Shown here: in pieces, positions 54,812 through 55,852 of the stretch
Layout of the letters: every line of letters starts with the position of its first letter
Position numbering within the stretch: the stretch's first letter is position 1
Origin: a virus
Lineage: Duplodnaviria; Caudoviricetes
IMG/VR virus record: IMGVR_UViG_3300037127_000017
Location: 1-55,852 of that record
DNA: 55,852 bases
Strand: one strand, 5' to 3'
Notes under the pieces: model-generated
Seen by the model: only the letters and a program-made list of their open reading frames with translations
Databases searched by the model: none
Told to the model about the DNA's origin: nothing
Made by a program: the position numbers and the translations under genes

Positions 54812-55074
54812 CTAATTTTTTGATGTCTTTTTTTCATTTTTTTAAAATGTTTTTTTAATAAAATTATAATTTCTTTTTTTCCAAAATTATTAATTAATAA
54901 TGTGTATAGCGCTTGAATATTGTCAATTATTTCACTTCCCCATTTTGCTTTATTTTCTATTGTTTTGTTATATTTCCAATTAGACGCTGCTTCTCGTTGT
55001 TCCTCGTGTTCCTCTCTTATTTTGTCTTGCTGCTTTTCATTGTTTAAAAAAGGACATTTATTATATAATTTCAT
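54808..55074 (-). CDS. MazG-like NTP pyrophosphohydrolase-fold protein
   Basis: KIREEHEE..EA...SEIIDNIQA resembles the EExxE...ExxD pattern. Confidence 0.5.
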   Translation of the reverse strand: MKLYNKCPFLNNEKQQDKIREEHEEQREAASNWKYNKTIENKAKWGSEIIDNIQALYTLLINNFGKKEIIILLKKHFKKMKKRHQKIS

Positions 55075-55325
55075 TTTCCTACCTCCACAAAAGTATTATC
55101 GACTAAATCATTCTTTTTGATTAATATTTTTTCTAATCTGTCTTTTAATTTAATACTTACAATAAATTTATCTTCAAATGTATGAGTTATTTTCCCTTGA
55201 AATTTATGGTTTTTTCTATTTATTTTGTAATAAAATTCTATCCATTGCCCTTTTTGTATTGAATTTAAATAAATATCAGCTATCCCATTTTTATTAATAC
55301 AATCTTTTTTATTTTGTGTAAGCAT
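55071..55325 (-). CDS. Hypothetical protein
   Basis: GGGGA RBS; ATGA-coupled. Confidence 0.6.
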   Translation of the reverse strand: MLTQNKKDCINKNGIADIYLNSIQKGQWIEFYYKINRKNHKFQGKITHTFEDKFIVSIKLKDRLEKILIKKNDLVDNTFVEVGK

Positions 55326-55341
55326 TTTTTATCCCCTTTTT

Positions 55342-55852
55342 TTATAAATATTTTTTTATAACTTTGTACGTATTTTCATAATACTCGAATTTTTTATTTA
55401 AAACTTTATAATTTGCAAATATCTCACAAAAATTTTCTTCGTGATCTATGCATAACCTCAAATCAGCATTTTGAAAATCTTGTATAACTTTTACTTTATC
55501 AAAAAATTCCATTTTGTTGTATATTCCATGAGCTAATTCGTGCATTAATACTTTATGAATTAGTTGTTTTGTTGTTGTTTCCTCCTGATTTAGGTATCCA
55601 ACATGAAAATACCAATCTGAATTGTAAATTTTGATTGTGTCTATGCTGGGCCAATATTGACCAAACGCTGCACCAGGCTCATCAATCAATTCAAATTTAT
55701 TAAAATAAATATTCTTATATTGATACAGATCTGTATAATAGTATTTTAAAGCCGTATTATGATATTCTATTTCTTGATCGATTGTATAAGCTTTTGTAAT
55801 TTTTTGTGATATTAATATAATAATTATTATTACTAAAATTGCTATTATAAAT
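55342..55852 (-). CDS. 3' part of the origin-spanning HExxH metallopeptidase-like protein
   Basis: VLMHELAHG plus downstream EENFCEIFA; frame is open to the window end and continues at 252-259. Confidence 0.8.
   Translation of the reverse strand, partial: FIIAILVIIIIILISQKITKAYTIDQEIEYHNTALKYYYTDLYQYKNIYFNKFELIDEPGAAFGQYWPSIDTIKIYNSDWYFHVGYLNQEETTTKQLIHKVLMHELAHGIYNKMEFFDKVKVIQDFQNADLRLCIDHEENFCEIFANYKVLNKKFEYYENTYKVIKKYL
55602..55852. repeat. Terminal direct repeat, right copy
   Basis: Identical to 1-251 except one substitution. Confidence 0.97.

Noticed and set aside
1-55852. Integrase/att site, tRNA genes, reverse transcriptase/DGR, introns or inteins, alternative genetic code
   Set aside because: No recognisable motifs by eye; core genes are intact and of normal length under the standard code. 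A divergent element could have been missed without HMM or tRNA scans

Overview
The window looks like a complete circular or circularly permuted siphovirus genome of about 55,601 bp. Bases 1-251 repeat at 55602-55852 with one mismatch. The host is probably a low-GC Bacillota, likely Clostridia-like, judging from sigmaA promoters, GGAGG ribosome-binding sites and an Amidase_3 endolysin with holin. Layout: replication and early genes (- strand, 52.2 kb across the origin to 3.6 kb); a + strand accessory block (4.3-15 kb) with an SNF2 helicase, IbrA/IbrB-like PAPS-reductase and ParB pair, DUF1599, an HTH-kinase fusion and a ThyX-like gene; lysis, tail and HK97-type head genes (- strand, 15.1-36.1 kb); and a - strand block (36.2-51.6 kb) interleaved with terS. 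That block encodes a near-complete nonulosonic (pseudaminic/legionaminic-like) acid pathway, a Maf-type Ser/Thr O-glycosyltransferase, a Tad1-like anti-defence sponge, a RepL-like protein with iterons and a DNA methyltransferase. The two best leads are: (1) a phage-encoded Maf plus nonulosonate system alongside very Ser/Thr-rich virion proteins, suggesting sialic-acid-like glycosylation of the virion or of host flagellin; (2) a ~200-nt non-coding RNA directly downstream of tad1 that reproduces the 23S rRNA uL11-binding domain (H43/H44) with compensatory changes and a large insertion. I recognised no integrase, tRNA or CRISPR array. All family calls come from motif recognition by eye; no database searches were run.
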